From positions 1 through 40,944 of the forward strand of contig JAGXHB010000291.1 of NCBI GenBank assembly GCA_024636425.1: a stretch of 40,944 nucleotides of DNA, in the 5' to 3' direction. The translations under genes and the position numbers were made by a program. Under the pieces are notes generated by a model, which did no database searches, had not been told where the DNA came from, and worked only from the letters and a program-made list of their open reading frames with translations. This document shows positions 31,519 to 40,944 of the stretch, piece after piece. The number at the start of each line of letters is the position of its first letter. Within the stretch, counting starts at the first letter, position 1. The DNA comes from Roseobacter sp. Lineage in GTDB: Bacteria; Pseudomonadota; Alphaproteobacteria; Rhodobacterales; Rhodobacteraceae.

Positions 31519-32696
31519 CCGATGCAATCCTCGTGCTGAACGCTGGGTCTTCCAGCCTCAAGTTTGCGGTCTATCCGGCGGGGACGGGCAACGCGATCCT
31601 GAAGGGCAAGGTTTCCGGAATCGGCACCGAACCGGTCTTTTCCGCGACCGACGCGCAAGGCATTGCGCTGCGGCAAGGAAACCTGCAGATTCCCAAGCAG
31701 GCCTCGGACCGCGACGATCTGGTCCCCGCGCTGCTTGAGTGGCTGTTCGTGCAGCGCCCCGATATCAGGCTGACGGCGGCGGGGCACCGCGTCGTTCACG
31801 GCGGCCTTGACCACAAAGGCCCCGCGCGTGTCACGCCTAGGCTTTTGGCGGAACTCGCGGCCCTTGTCCCGCTGGCACCGATGCATCAACCCCATAGCCT
31901 TGCGGCGATCGAGTGCGTGGCACAGGCCCTGCCCGACCTGCCCCAGATCGCCTGCTTTGACACCGCCTTTCACCGCTCCATGCCCCGGCTGGCGCAGCTT
32001 TTCGCCCTCCCCCGCGAGATGAGCGCCGAAGGCGTCCTCAGATACGGTTTCCACGGCCTGTCCTACGACTATATCGCAGGTTGTCTGCCGCACCATCTGG
32101 GCAACAAGGCCAAAGGCCGCGTCGTGGTCGCCCACTTGGGCAGCGGTGCCAGCATGTGTGCGCTGAAGAACCGGCAAAGCGTTGCGACCAGCATGGGGTT
32201 TACCGCACTTGACGGGCTGATGATGGGCCGCCGCAGTGGTGCGCTGGACCCCGGCGTGGTGCTTTATCTGATGCAGGAAAAGGGCATGAGCGCGGCTGAC
32301 ATCACCAAGTTGCTCTACGAGCGATCTGGCCTTTTGGGCGTGTCGGGTATCAGCAGCGACATGGGAGTGTTGGAGACCAGCACCGTACCCGAAGCCCAAG
32401 AGGCGATAGACCTGTTCTGCGCCCGTGCCGCTGGTGAGCTGGCGTCACTTGCGACCTATGTGGGTGGGCTTGATGCCATCGTTTTCACCGCAGGCATCGG
32501 CGAGAATTCCGCGCGTATCCGCAGCGCGATCTGCGACCGGCTGGGCTGGATGGGCGTGGCGCTCGATACGTCCGCGAACACCCAAAATGCCACTCGGATC
32601 AGCGCGATCTGGTCGGATATCGACGTGCTTGTCATTTCCACCAACGAAGAGGCCGTCGTCGCCGACGCGACCCGCGCCCTGACGCGCCCCGCTTAG
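31515..32696 (+). CDS. ackA: Acetate/short-chain fatty acid kinase
   Basis: VLNAGSSSLK, GHRVVHGG, FDTAFH, RYGFHGLSY, HLGSGAS, FTAGIGEN, TNEE. Confidence 0.96.
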   Translation: MTDAILVLNAGSSSLKFAVYPAGTGNAILKGKVSGIGTEPVFSATDAQGIALRQGNLQIPKQASDRDDLVPALLEWLFVQRPDIRLTAAGHRVVHGGLDHKGPARVTPRLLAELAALVPLAPMHQPHSLAAIECVAQALPDLPQIACFDTAFHRSMPRLAQLFALPREMSAEGVLRYGFHGLSYDYIAGCLPHHLGNKAKGRVVVAHLGSGASMCALKNRQSVATSMGFTALDGLMMGRRSGALDPGVVLYLMQEKGMSAADITKLLYERSGLLGVSGISSDMGVLETSTVPEAQEAIDLFCARAAGELASLATYVGGLDAIVFTAGIGENSARIRSAICDRLGWMGVALDTSANTQNATRISAIWSDIDVLVISTNEEAVVADATRALTRPA

Positions 32697-32723
32697 CAAT
32701 CGGCGCTTTTTCACGGCAGCACC

Positions 32724-32765
32724 CTGATCTGCGTCAGCACCGGCAGCCCTGGCCCGGGATATAAG
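32724..32765 (+). promoter_or_regulatory. Class II FNR-type promoter upstream of the hypothetical-arc cluster
   Basis: CTGATCTGCGTCAG (32724-32737) with TATAAG at 32760-32765; identical spacing to the phaC promoter. Confidence 0.7.
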
Positions 32766-32847
32766 TGATCCAACCAACCAGTGATCTGCCCCAATCAAGA
32801 TGGCGTGTTCGCAATCACATCCACCCGAATAGAAAAGGAAACCGAAA

Positions 32848-33264
32848 ATGGCAAAGACCAGACCCCAGCTTAGCCGCGATCCGGCTTTCGAGCGGTTCCT
32901 CGGCGCAGCCGTCGGTGACGATGGACAGGGCTCAAGTGTGTCCGTCCTGTCGATGCTGGCGCGCCTTGGCATGGACCCGTGGGACGAGGCCGCCGTTTTG
33001 GCGACCATGAAAGAACCCCCGGCGATCAAGCGTCTCGAAGCGCTGATGATCCGGTTCAACGATGTCACCCTCGCAGACCCCGACCGCAGCAGGATCGCCC
33101 GGAAACTTCTGGACTTCCTGCCGCGCCGGGCCGCGCCGATCAAACCGGCAAGCCCTTCCAATCAGGCAGAGTTCTCGGCGCTTCCCCTTGGATCACCGGT
33201 CTTCTGGGCCGTTTCGGCAATTATTATCCTAGGCTGGGTCATCATGCTGGCACGGAGCGGCTGA
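32848..33264 (+). CDS. Hypothetical protein with C-terminal TM helix
   Basis: AAGGA RBS; SVLSMLARLGMDPWDEAA motif-like segment. Confidence 0.75.
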   Translation: MAKTRPQLSRDPAFERFLGAAVGDDGQGSSVSVLSMLARLGMDPWDEAAVLATMKEPPAIKRLEALMIRFNDVTLADPDRSRIARKLLDFLPRRAAPIKPASPSNQAEFSALPLGSPVFWAVSAIIILGWVIMLARSG

Positions 33265-33265
33265 A

Positions 33266-33637
33266 ATGGATCAAGATTTGCAAACAGCCGCAAAGATCGA
33301 ACCGGCGTTGTGGGATATGGAAGAACGCTTCTGGACTGAAGGGGCCGACAGTGCCCGCCACATGACCGCCAAAAACGCAGTTTTCGTTTTTCCTTATCCA
33401 ACAGGCATTCTCAGCGGCACCAAAATCTTCCGCGAGGCGGATGTCGCCCAGCGCTGGCGCTCGATCCAGATGACCGAGACCTATTTCGCGGTCGAGGGCG
33501 ACATCGCCGTTCTGGCCTACCGCGTGTCCGCCGAGCGCGGCGACACGCCGATCTACGAGGCGCTTTGTACCTCAACCTATCTCAGGGACAACGACATCTG
33601 GCTGCGTCTTGCTCACCAACAGACCAGCGTTCGTTAA
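33266..33637 (+). CDS. NTF2-like / DUF4440-like protein
   Basis: LWDMEERFW...AVLAYRVSAER...STY...WLRLAHQQT pattern. Confidence 0.75.
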   Translation: MDQDLQTAAKIEPALWDMEERFWTEGADSARHMTAKNAVFVFPYPTGILSGTKIFREADVAQRWRSIQMTETYFAVEGDIAVLAYRVSAERGDTPIYEALCTSTYLRDNDIWLRLAHQQTSVR

Positions 33638-33772
33638 GCGCGTCTTGACTTAAAAGCTGATGAAACTGCACGGCGGCTGCCCGCCCGCGATACGACAACT
33701 GTCCCTTTTGCACAAAGACCCAATCACCAACGCCTCGCAGCTTTGCTGCACCGGCAGGATCAGGACCCACAC

Positions 33773-35221
33773 ATGCCCCCATCGCCCCCCGCGCAGACAG
33801 AACACCCCAGCCGCTTCCACTTTCCCTCGGCGTACACGATCCTTTTTGCGCTGATCGTCATCGTGGCCGCGCTGACCTGGATCATTCCGGCCGGGCTTTA
33901 CGAGCGTGCCGCCTCGGATGTGCTGGGCAAAGAAGTCCCCGTCGCGGGCACCTACGCGCCGACCGACGCCAACCCACAGGGCATCTTCGACATTGTCCTC
34001 GCCCCCATTGCAGGCTTCTACGACCCCTCGAGCTATACCGCCAATGCCATTGACGTCGCCCTTTTCGTGCTGATGATCGGTGGTTTCATCGGCGTGGTGA
34101 CCGCGACAGGTGCCATTGATGCAGGCATCAAGCGCGCGATGACCCGGCTTAAGGGCCGCGAGAAATGGATGATCCCGATCCTCATGGGGCTTTTCGCGCT
34201 TGGCGGCACGACCGAAGGCATGGCGGAGGAGACGCTGGCCTTTTATGTCCTGCTGACCCCGGTGATGATTGCCGCCGGATATGACGCGCTGACCGCCGTC
34301 GCCGTGATCTTGCTGGGCGCGGGCGTCGGCGTGCTGGGCTCCACCGTCAACGCCTTCTCTACTGTTATCGCTTCAAACGCGGCGGGCGTGCCGTTTACCG
34401 ACGGGCTGATGCTGCGGGTCGTGCTGCTGGCGCTGACCTTTGCCGCGACGGTCGCTTACGTCATGCGATATGCCGCGCGGGTCAAGGCAGACCCCTCGCG
34501 CAGCTTGGTCTATGACCGAAAGGCGTCCAACGAGGCGCATTTCGGCACCACAACCACCGAGACGACCGCCTTCACCGGACTGCACAAGATCGTGCTGCTG
34601 CTATTCGGCGCGACCTTCGCAGTAATGATCTGGGGCGTGTCGCTAGGCGGTTGGTGGATGGCCGAGATGAGCGGGCTGTTCCTGTTTGCGGGTGTCGGCA
34701 TCGGGTTGATCGGGCGTTTGGGTGAAAAGGGTCTGGTCGACGCTTTCGTCGGCGGCGCGCGCGACCTGCTGGGCGTGGCGCTGATCATTGGGCTGGCGCG
34801 GGGCATCGTGGTCATCATGGACGCGGGCCACATGACCGACACCATCCTGCACTGGGCCGAAGGCACCGTCGCGGGGCTCAACAGCGTTGTCTTTATCAAC
34901 GTGATGTACTGGATCGAAGTGGCGCTGTCGTTCTTCGTCCCCTCGACCTCGGGGCTCGCGGTGCTGTCGATGCCAATCCTCGCACCCGTCGCTGACTTCG
35001 CAGGTGTGGCGCGGCACCTCGTCGTGACCGCCTTCCAGTCAGCAGAGGGCGTCGTGAACCTGGTCACGCCTACGTCGGCGGTCGTTATGGGGGGCCTCGC
35101 CATCGCGCGCGTCCCCTATGAGCGCTGGTTGCGCTTCGTCTGGCCCGTCCTTCTGGGCCTTACCATCATCATCATGGCCACGCTGAGCGTCGGCGTTCTT
35201 TTGGGAGGAACCCCCACATGA
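33773..35221 (+). CDS. YfcC-family transporter, probable arginine/ornithine antiporter
   Basis: [23 protein letters not shown] and PSTSGLA; ATGA overlap with arcA. Confidence 0.9.
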   Translation: MPPSPPAQTEHPSRFHFPSAYTILFALIVIVAALTWIIPAGLYERAASDVLGKEVPVAGTYAPTDANPQGIFDIVLAPIAGFYDPSSYTANAIDVALFVLMIGGFIGVVTATGAIDAGIKRAMTRLKGREKWMIPILMGLFALGGTTEGMAEETLAFYVLLTPVMIAAGYDALTAVAVILLGAGVGVLGSTVNAFSTVIASNAAGVPFTDGLMLRVVLLALTFAATVAYVMRYAARVKADPSRSLVYDRKASNEAHFGTTTTETTAFTGLHKIVLLLFGATFAVMIWGVSLGGWWMAEMSGLFLFAGVGIGLIGRLGEKGLVDAFVGGARDLLGVALIIGLARGIVVIMDAGHMTDTILHWAEGTVAGLNSVVFINVMYWIEVALSFFVPSTSGLAVLSMPILAPVADFAGVARHLVVTAFQSAEGVVNLVTPTSAVVMGGLAIARVPYERWLRFVWPVLLGLTIIIMATLSVGVLLGGTPT

Positions 35222-36441
35222 CACTTACTTACGGCGTGCATTCAGAGACCGGCAAACTGCGCCGCGTTCTTGTCCATAAACCCGGTGCCGCGATGGCGCG
35301 GCTGACGCCCTCCAACTGCGCGGAGTTGCTCTTCGATGACGTGATCTGGGTGAAGCAAGCCCGGATCGAGCATATGACCTTCGTCGATGCCATGCGCAAC
35401 CGCGGGGTCGAGGTGGTGTTCCTGCGCCAGCTGCTGGCCGAGACAATGGCCGACCCAAAAGCTCGCCGCTGGCTGCTGGACGCGCGGGTCAACGACAACA
35501 CGGTCGGCATCGGTTTGGCCGAGGATCTGCTGGCGCATCTGATGGAAATCAGCGGCGATCTGCTCTCTACCATCCTGATCGGTGGCATGAGCAAGTCCGA
35601 ACTGCCTGTGACGGCGGGCGGCGTCATGGCGTCGATGCTGGAGCCGTCGGATTTCATCCTGCCGCCCTTGCCCAACCACATATTCACCCGCGACACGACC
35701 GCCTGGGTTTATGGCGGTGTGCTGCTGAACCCGATGCACTGGCCCGCGCGACGGCTTGAGACGTTGAACCTTGCCGCGATCTACCGCTTCCATCCTGACT
35801 TCAAGGATGCTGGGTTTGACACATGGTGGGGCGACCCGATGCAGGATCACGGCCCCGCCACGGTCGAAGGCGGCGACGTCATGCCCATCGGCAACGGGTG
35901 CGTGCTGATCGGCATGGGAGAGCGCACAACGCCGCAGGCCGTGGGCCAGATCGCACGGGGGCTGTTCGCGGGCGGCGGGGCAACCCGCGTCATCGCCTGT
36001 CAGTTTCCACGCAGCCGGGGGTCGATGCACCTTGATACTGTTTTCACGCTTTGCGACCGGGACCTTGCCACCGTTTTTACCGAGGTGACGGATGCCATCC
36101 GATGCACCAGCCTGCGCCCCGGAAACAATGGGTCAGTTGTTTCGGAAACGGAAACAATTCCGTTTCTCGATGTCGTAGCGGACGCGCTCGACCTCAAGAC
36201 CTTGCGTACCGTCCCCACAGGCGGCGACGCCTTTGAATCCGCGCGCGAGCAGTGGGACGACGCCAACAACCTGCTGTGCCTCGAGCCCGGTGTCGTCGTC
36301 GGCTACGAACGCAACGTCTTTTCCAACACCCTGCTGCGCAAGGCAGGGGTTGAGGTCATCACGATCCCCGGATCGGAACTTGGTCGTGGACGGGGCGGGT
36401 CGCATTGCATGACCTGCCCGCTGATCCGCGACGCCAACTAA
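35218..36441 (+). CDS. arcA: Arginine deiminase
   Basis: [39 protein letters not shown]. Confidence 0.97.
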   Translation: MTLTYGVHSETGKLRRVLVHKPGAAMARLTPSNCAELLFDDVIWVKQARIEHMTFVDAMRNRGVEVVFLRQLLAETMADPKARRWLLDARVNDNTVGIGLAEDLLAHLMEISGDLLSTILIGGMSKSELPVTAGGVMASMLEPSDFILPPLPNHIFTRDTTAWVYGGVLLNPMHWPARRLETLNLAAIYRFHPDFKDAGFDTWWGDPMQDHGPATVEGGDVMPIGNGCVLIGMGERTTPQAVGQIARGLFAGGGATRVIACQFPRSRGSMHLDTVFTLCDRDLATVFTEVTDAIRCTSLRPGNNGSVVSETETIPFLDVVADALDLKTLRTVPTGGDAFESAREQWDDANNLLCLEPGVVVGYERNVFSNTLLRKAGVEVITIPGSELGRGRGGSHCMTCPLIRDAN

Positions 36442-36452
36442 AGGAACACACC

Positions 36453-37454
36453 ATGCCCACAAACATGCACGGCCGCAGTTTTCTCAAACTGCTCGACCTG
36501 TCCCCAGACCAGATCCGCCATCTGCTCAAGCTTGCCGCGACCCTCAAGGAGGCCAAGCAGAGCGGCACCGAAAAACCGCTTCTGACCGGCAAGAACATCG
36601 CACTGATCTTCGAGAAGGACAGCACCCGCACGCGCAGCGGGTTCGAAGTGGCGGCCTATGATCAAGGCGCACATGTCACCTATCTTGGCCCGTCGGGCAG
36701 CCACATCGGCCACAAGGAATCGATGAAGGACACTGCCCGCGTGCTGGGCCGGTTCTTCGACGGGATCGAATATCGCGGTTTCGGTCAGAACGACGCCGAA
36801 GTGCTGGCCGAGTTCTCTGGCGTGCCTGTCTTCAACGGGCTGACTGACGACTTCCACCCGACGCAGGTGCTGGCGGATTTCCTGACGATGCACGAATACA
36901 CCCACAAGCACCTGTCGGACATATCGTTCTGCTTCATGGGGGATGTGGGCAACAACACTGCCGCATCGCTGATGGTAGGTGCGGCACTGATTGGTATGGA
37001 TATCAGGCTTTGCGGGCCGCAAAGCTGCTGGCCGGATGCGGATCTGGTCACCCGCTGTCGCACCATCGCGGAAATCTCGGGCGCGCGGATCACGCTGACA
37101 GAAAAGCACGCGGAAGGCGTCGAGGGGGCCGATTTCATCTACACCGACGTCTGGGTGTCGATGGGCGAGCCCGACTCCGTCTGGGAGGACCGCATCGCGC
37201 TGCTATCGCCCTATCGGGTCACCCAAAAGCTGATGGAGATGACAGGCAACCCGCACACCAAGTTCCTGCATTGCCTGCCCGCCTTCCACAACCGCGACAC
37301 CGAAGTGGGCGAGCAGACCTTTCAGAAGTTCGGCATCGACTGCATGGAGGTGACAGAGGAGGTGTTCGAATCCCCCGCGTCGGTTGTTTTCGATCAGGCA
37401 GAAAACCGGATGCACACGATCAAGGCGGTTCTTGTCGCCACGATGGGGCCATAA
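36453..37454 (+). CDS. arcB: Ornithine carbamoyltransferase (catabolic by context)
   Basis: [26 protein letters not shown]; AAGGA RBS. Confidence 0.96.
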   Translation: MPTNMHGRSFLKLLDLSPDQIRHLLKLAATLKEAKQSGTEKPLLTGKNIALIFEKDSTRTRSGFEVAAYDQGAHVTYLGPSGSHIGHKESMKDTARVLGRFFDGIEYRGFGQNDAEVLAEFSGVPVFNGLTDDFHPTQVLADFLTMHEYTHKHLSDISFCFMGDVGNNTAASLMVGAALIGMDIRLCGPQSCWPDADLVTRCRTIAEISGARITLTEKHAEGVEGADFIYTDVWVSMGEPDSVWEDRIALLSPYRVTQKLMEMTGNPHTKFLHCLPAFHNRDTEVGEQTFQKFGIDCMEVTEEVFESPASVVFDQAENRMHTIKAVLVATMGP

Positions 37455-37455
37455 G

Positions 37456-38472
37456 GTGCGCGTCGTTGTGGCCCTTGGCGGCAATGCGCTGCTGCAGCGG
37501 GGGGAGCCGATGACGGCGCAGGCGCAGCGCATGAATGTGCGGATCGCGGCCAAGGCCATCGCCGACCTTGCCCGCGATCACCAGATCGTGGTGGCGCATG
37601 GCAATGGCCCGCAGGTCGGGCTGCTGGCGTTGCAGGGCATGGCCTATGACCCGAAACAGCCATGGCCCCTTGATGTGCTTGGCGCAGAGACGGAAGGCAT
37701 GATCGGCTACCTGATTGAACAGGAGTTGATGAATGCCCTGCCAAAGGATGCGCATTGCACCACCCTGCTGAGCCGGGTGGAGGTCGATGCCAAGGACCCC
37801 GCCTTCGACAGTCCGACCAAACCCATCGGCCCGGTCTATTCCAAAGCCGAAGCCGATCAGGCCGTCACGGATCACGGCTGGTCGATGGTCGCGGAACAGA
37901 AAGGGCAGATGCGCCGGGTGGTGCCGTCGCCCCTGCCCCAGCGGATACTCGGGATCGACGCGATCCGCTTGCTGCTGGACGCGGAGCATTGCGTGATCTG
38001 CGCGGGCGGCGGCGGCATACCGGTGCGGCGCAATGCGGTGGGCGAAATGGAGGGCGTCGAGGCGGTGATCGACAAGGACCGCACGGCAGCGCTGCTGGCG
38101 CTTGAGCTTGGCGCGGATGCGCTGCTGCTGCTTACCGACGTCGTTGCCGTCTTTCGCGACTGGGGCACTGACGCGCAGCTTGCCATCGGAAGGACGACGC
38201 CTGCGGAACTTCTGGCGCTGGACCTCGCTGCGGGGTCGATGGGCCCGAAGGTCGAAGCCGCTGCAACCTTTGTCAAAGCCAGCGGCAAGATCGCGGGTAT
38301 TGGTCAGCTGTCGGACGCGCGTGCCATTCTTGAGGGCCTTGCGGGTACATCTATCCTGCCCGAACCCGCCAATCTGCGCACAGGGGCAGCGCCCCACATG
38401 AAAACCTCCGGCTTTACCGGCGCGGACCAGTCTACATCAGTATGGATGGACGACGGCGGTACGATAGCTTGA
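37456..38472 (+). CDS. arcC: Carbamate kinase with C-terminal extension (GTG start)
   Basis: ALGGNAL, HGNGPQVG, PTKPIGP, RRVVPSP, AVIDKD, GSMGPKVEAA. Confidence 0.95.
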   Translation: MRVVVALGGNALLQRGEPMTAQAQRMNVRIAAKAIADLARDHQIVVAHGNGPQVGLLALQGMAYDPKQPWPLDVLGAETEGMIGYLIEQELMNALPKDAHCTTLLSRVEVDAKDPAFDSPTKPIGPVYSKAEADQAVTDHGWSMVAEQKGQMRRVVPSPLPQRILGIDAIRLLLDAEHCVICAGGGGIPVRRNAVGEMEGVEAVIDKDRTAALLALELGADALLLLTDVVAVFRDWGTDAQLAIGRTTPAELLALDLAAGSMGPKVEAAATFVKASGKIAGIGQLSDARAILEGLAGTSILPEPANLRTGAAPHMKTSGFTGADQSTSVWMDDGGTIA

Positions 38473-38607
38473 TCCGTTCTCCGATCCTCGGTGAACACAC
38501 GCCCGCATGTTGATCGGCCGCGTAAATCAGAGCGAACATTCCCCCGAGCTGCCGTTCGAACCAAGCATCAAAGCTGATCATACGTCAGCGAGTGTCCAAG
38601 TTAAGGT

Positions 38608-39324
38608 TCAAACCAACAGCGGGCCGCCTTGGTCAAGGTAGCTTGGATCGAAATCCGCAAAGTCGGTGAGGCCGTCGTAGTCGATGAACTTTACGCGGCC
38701 ATCGTGGAACGTCAAAAGATCTGCCTCGCGCAGGTGTCGAAGAACGCGGTTCACGTGAACCGCGCTTAGCCCCAGCGCATCTGCCATCAGGTATTGTGTC
38801 AGCGGACAGTCAAACCCCTCCTTGCTGCCCTGCCCGATAAGCGTCAGCCGCGCCCCAAGCTCTAGCAGGAAATGGGCCAGACGCTCGGCCGCATTACGCC
38901 GCCCGATCCCAACTAGATGTTCGACCACCATCGCCTCGTCCCGGGACACGGCCCAGAAAATCGCAAGCGCCAGACGGGGCGTGTTGGCGAAGGCTTCAAG
39001 CAGATCGGACTTGAGGATCTCAGTCACCTCGATCTGGGTGACAGGTTCGATGGTGTGATCCGAGATGTGCAACAAAACGCTCCGCAGCCCCAGAAAATCG
39101 CCGGGCACCTGGAAATCGACGATCTGCCTTTGTCCGTTGGCAAGATCCTTGTAGGAACAGGCCCAGCCGGACATGAGAATATAGGCGGCTTGATCGGACT
39201 GGCCCTGTTGGACCAAATCGCGCCCTGCCACAAAGGTACGACGGCGTTTGCGAAGACCTTCGAGAACGGCAAGCTCGGCCCCGGACAGGGCGACGAAGGC
39301 ACCCAGCTTGCGGACCAGTGGCAT
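38608..39324 (-). CDS. Crp/Fnr-family transcriptional regulator
   Basis: cNMP-like domain (GQRQIVDFQVPGDFLG), AERLAHFLLE and HTH LTQYLMADALGLSAVHVNRVL; no FNR Cys cluster. Confidence 0.93.
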   Translation of the reverse strand: MPLVRKLGAFVALSGAELAVLEGLRKRRRTFVAGRDLVQQGQSDQAAYILMSGWACSYKDLANGQRQIVDFQVPGDFLGLRSVLLHISDHTIEPVTQIEVTEILKSDLLEAFANTPRLALAIFWAVSRDEAMVVEHLVGIGRRNAAERLAHFLLELGARLTLIGQGSKEGFDCPLTQYLMADALGLSAVHVNRVLRHLREADLLTFHDGRVKFIDYDGLTDFADFDPSYLDQGGPLLV

Positions 39325-39391
39325 TGTGTCGATGATAAGGCTCCTTTTTTATGCACTGCGTGTTCTTGTCTTGGCAAATGCGCACCACCGG

Positions 39392-39405
39392 CTGATCTGG
39401 ATCAG
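39392..39405. promoter_or_regulatory. FNR-like palindrome in the divergent crp/fnr - hypothetical gene promoter
   Basis: CTGATCTGGATCAG (CTGAT-N4-ATCAG). Confidence 0.65.
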
Positions 39406-39493
39406 TCCGCCGTTGCGCATTGTTTGAAAAGCTGTCGGAACCGCAGCCCGGATATCCCGCGCCTTGCGGAATTTATTGAAAGGCCGATTTAAC

Positions 39494-39739
39494 GTGTCCG
39501 ATCATAGCACACATTCCGGAATGGCTGCACTGTCCATTTGCGAAGCCCTCATGCTCGCACTGAACGATGCCAACATCTTGCCGGAACAGGAAATAATGGG
39601 TGTCCTCAAGGACGCCGCCGAAGCGCATCGAAACGTCGCGGAAACAGACGCTGATTTCGAGGACCATCAGGCCGCCGCCATTCTGATCAGAAAGATCATC
39701 ACCGGGGGTAATTCGGTCCGTCGGGGTACGGTGTCGTGA
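39494..39739 (+). CDS. Small hypothetical protein
   Basis: GAAAGG RBS, GTG start; GMAALSICEALMLALND...GGNSVRR, predicted helical. Confidence 0.7.
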   Translation: MSDHSTHSGMAALSICEALMLALNDANILPEQEIMGVLKDAAEAHRNVAETDADFEDHQAAAILIRKIITGGNSVRRGTVS

Positions 39740-39769
39740 CGGTGGGATCATGAATTATTCGTGGTCCAT

Positions 39770-39883
39770 AACCTGAGTGCAGTCCAGCTGCTCTTGGGTC
39801 ACCCGAAGATGGACAGCACTGTCAGATACCTCTGCGTCGCGCTTGAGGATGCTCTTGCAATCGCAGAGGCCATCGAAATTTGA
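39770..39883 (+). pseudogene. C-terminal remnant of a small tyrosine recombinase
   Basis: NLSAVQLLLGHPKMDSTVRYLCVALEDALAIAEAIEI*, containing the LLGH...T.RY box II motif. Confidence 0.85.
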
Positions 39884-40416
39884 GAAATAGGGCCGGCTTC
39901 ATGGGGCGTCTGTTGATCGCGGCGACGGAAACCGGTCTGCGACCAGCTGATCTTGTAAGGCTATCGCGCCTCAATATTGAAACCTTGCCTTCTGGCAACC
40001 GACGGCTGCGTATCCCGACCGAAAAACGCGGACAGTTTGCTCATATCCCTATTACGGTAGAAATGGGGAAGTTGATTGACGAAACCCCGACCGGACAGGA
40101 GCTGATCTTGACGAAGGCCGATGGCCAACCATGGACTCATAGGTACGCGTCTCAACGTCTTAGCGCTTGGAAAAACGAAGCCGGTCTTACGAAAGAAGCA
40201 CTTGGCTATAGCCTTCCTCTGCATGATTGCAGAGGAACTGCGGTAACTAGGTTACTAGAGGCCGGAGCTGATGCGTTCCAACTTGCCACCGTTTTCGGAT
40301 GGGATGCGCGGTACGCTCATGAAATGGTCAGGGCCTATGCAGTGGTCGGAAGTGACAAAACCGACAAAATCCTGGAGCTCTGGACACAGGTCGAAAAGAA
40401 CGCCCGCAGAACATAA
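39880..40416 (+). pseudogene. Phage-type tyrosine integrase, catalytic domain only (5'-truncated)
   Basis: TGLRPADL, TEKRG, HDCRGT, VFGW, RAY; no N-terminal arm- or core-binding domains. Confidence 0.8.
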
Positions 40417-40417
40417 T

Positions 40418-40450
40418 TGTAAAATGCCCTGTAAAATGCCCTGTAAAATG
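40418..40450 (+). repeat. Tandem 12-bp repeats, probable integrase arm-type sites
   Basis: TGTAAAATGCCC-TGTAAAATGCCC-TGTAAAATG, between the integrase and the tRNA fragment. Confidence 0.75.
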
Positions 40451-40495
40451 GATGGCTGTCTAGCGCCTAAAATTCCTTAAGCCTTTGAAAATAAA

Positions 40496-40542
40496 TGGAG
40501 GCGAGTAGGAGAAGCGAACTCCTGTACACGGATTTTAAATCC
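40496..40542 (-). other. 3' half of a tRNA (Cys-like), probable att site; not a functional tRNA
   Basis: GGATTTAAAATCCGTGTACAGGAGTTCGCTTCTCCTACTCGCCTCCA: anticodon stem, T-arm, U discriminator and CCA; no D-arm or 5' acceptor strand. Confidence 0.8.
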
Positions 40543-40805
40543 ATGTGGATCTATTCATAACAACTACTTACCAGTACGTGTCATGGTTATGTGTCTAAGT
40601 TTTTGACTAGTTATTTCATCACATTTTTAAGTTTAATAACTTAAGAACTTAAACTGCTTTATAAAAAACATAGACGATCACCGAGTGGAACCGTCGACGG
40701 TGTTCGCTTTGCTTCCCTCGACTGCCCAGAACGCAATACTATTGACGGTTACTTGGTTCATGCCGAGCAACCGATCATCGAATGCGGACGGGCTCCTACC
40801 AGATC

Positions 40806-40944
40806 GAGATATGCCCAAAAGTTGGTGACGGCCGTCATCAGGCGGCGTTTTGAAGTTGCTTGATCCCGTCCTTGAACTCAACCCCCTGAATGACCTCGGG
40901 CAGCCGGTTTGGCCCGGATATCTTCCGCCACTTCTTCTTGGCTG
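40806..40944 (-). mobile_element. IS256-family element, 3' end of transposase (frameshifted) and right IR; runs off the window
   Basis: AKKKWRKISGPNRLPEVIQG/EFKDGIKQLQNAA* (stop 40838-40840), followed by CGTCACCAACTTTTGGGCATATCTC. Confidence 0.75.

Noticed and set aside
38574-38588. CTGATCATACGTCAG as a further FNR box
   Set aside because: The spacer is 5 rather than 4 nt and it lies between convergent genes.
40496-40542. Functional tRNA gene with a TAA anticodon
   Set aside because: No D-arm or 5' acceptor strand upstream; treated as an att fragment.
40678-40881. 67-aa ORF
   Set aside because: It spans the IS256 end and its flank, so it is a chimeric frame.

Overview
GC-rich alphaproteobacterial DNA (Rhodobacteraceae-like, judged from gene content) that reads as a mosaic accessory or genomic-island region with three parts. 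(1) 1.36-8.8 kb: a two-component-controlled locus for extracytosolic flavinylation and metal reduction. It encodes a small PepSY protein, an Asp-rich secreted protein, a DUF2271-like protein with a TGAS motif, a PepSY-TM/flavodoxin/FNR membrane reductase, an ApbE with no visible signal peptide, and VIT1. (2) 8.9-11.2 kb: decayed IS elements, including a complete but doubly inactivated IS3 that carries a 36-bp palindromic insertion. (3) 11.3-39.7 kb: a block with five FNR/FixK-type boxes. It encodes CbpA/CbpM, a P1B-5 ATPase, an Mla/Pqi-like ABC system with a very long MCE protein, SulP, a complete N-ATPase operon (atpDCQRBEFAG), a phaC-fabI-maoC/ptb-ackA operon, the arginine deiminase pathway and a Crp/Fnr regulator. 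The right end has two integrase remnants, arm-like tandem repeats, a tRNA-Cys-like 3' fragment (att) and the end of an IS256. The best candidate for an under-described system is block 3, read as a coordinated anoxic-survival module: substrate-level ATP from arginine and from a putative PHA/acyl-CoA fermentation would drive a Na+-pumping N-ATPase. All calls come from reading motifs by eye; no database search was run.
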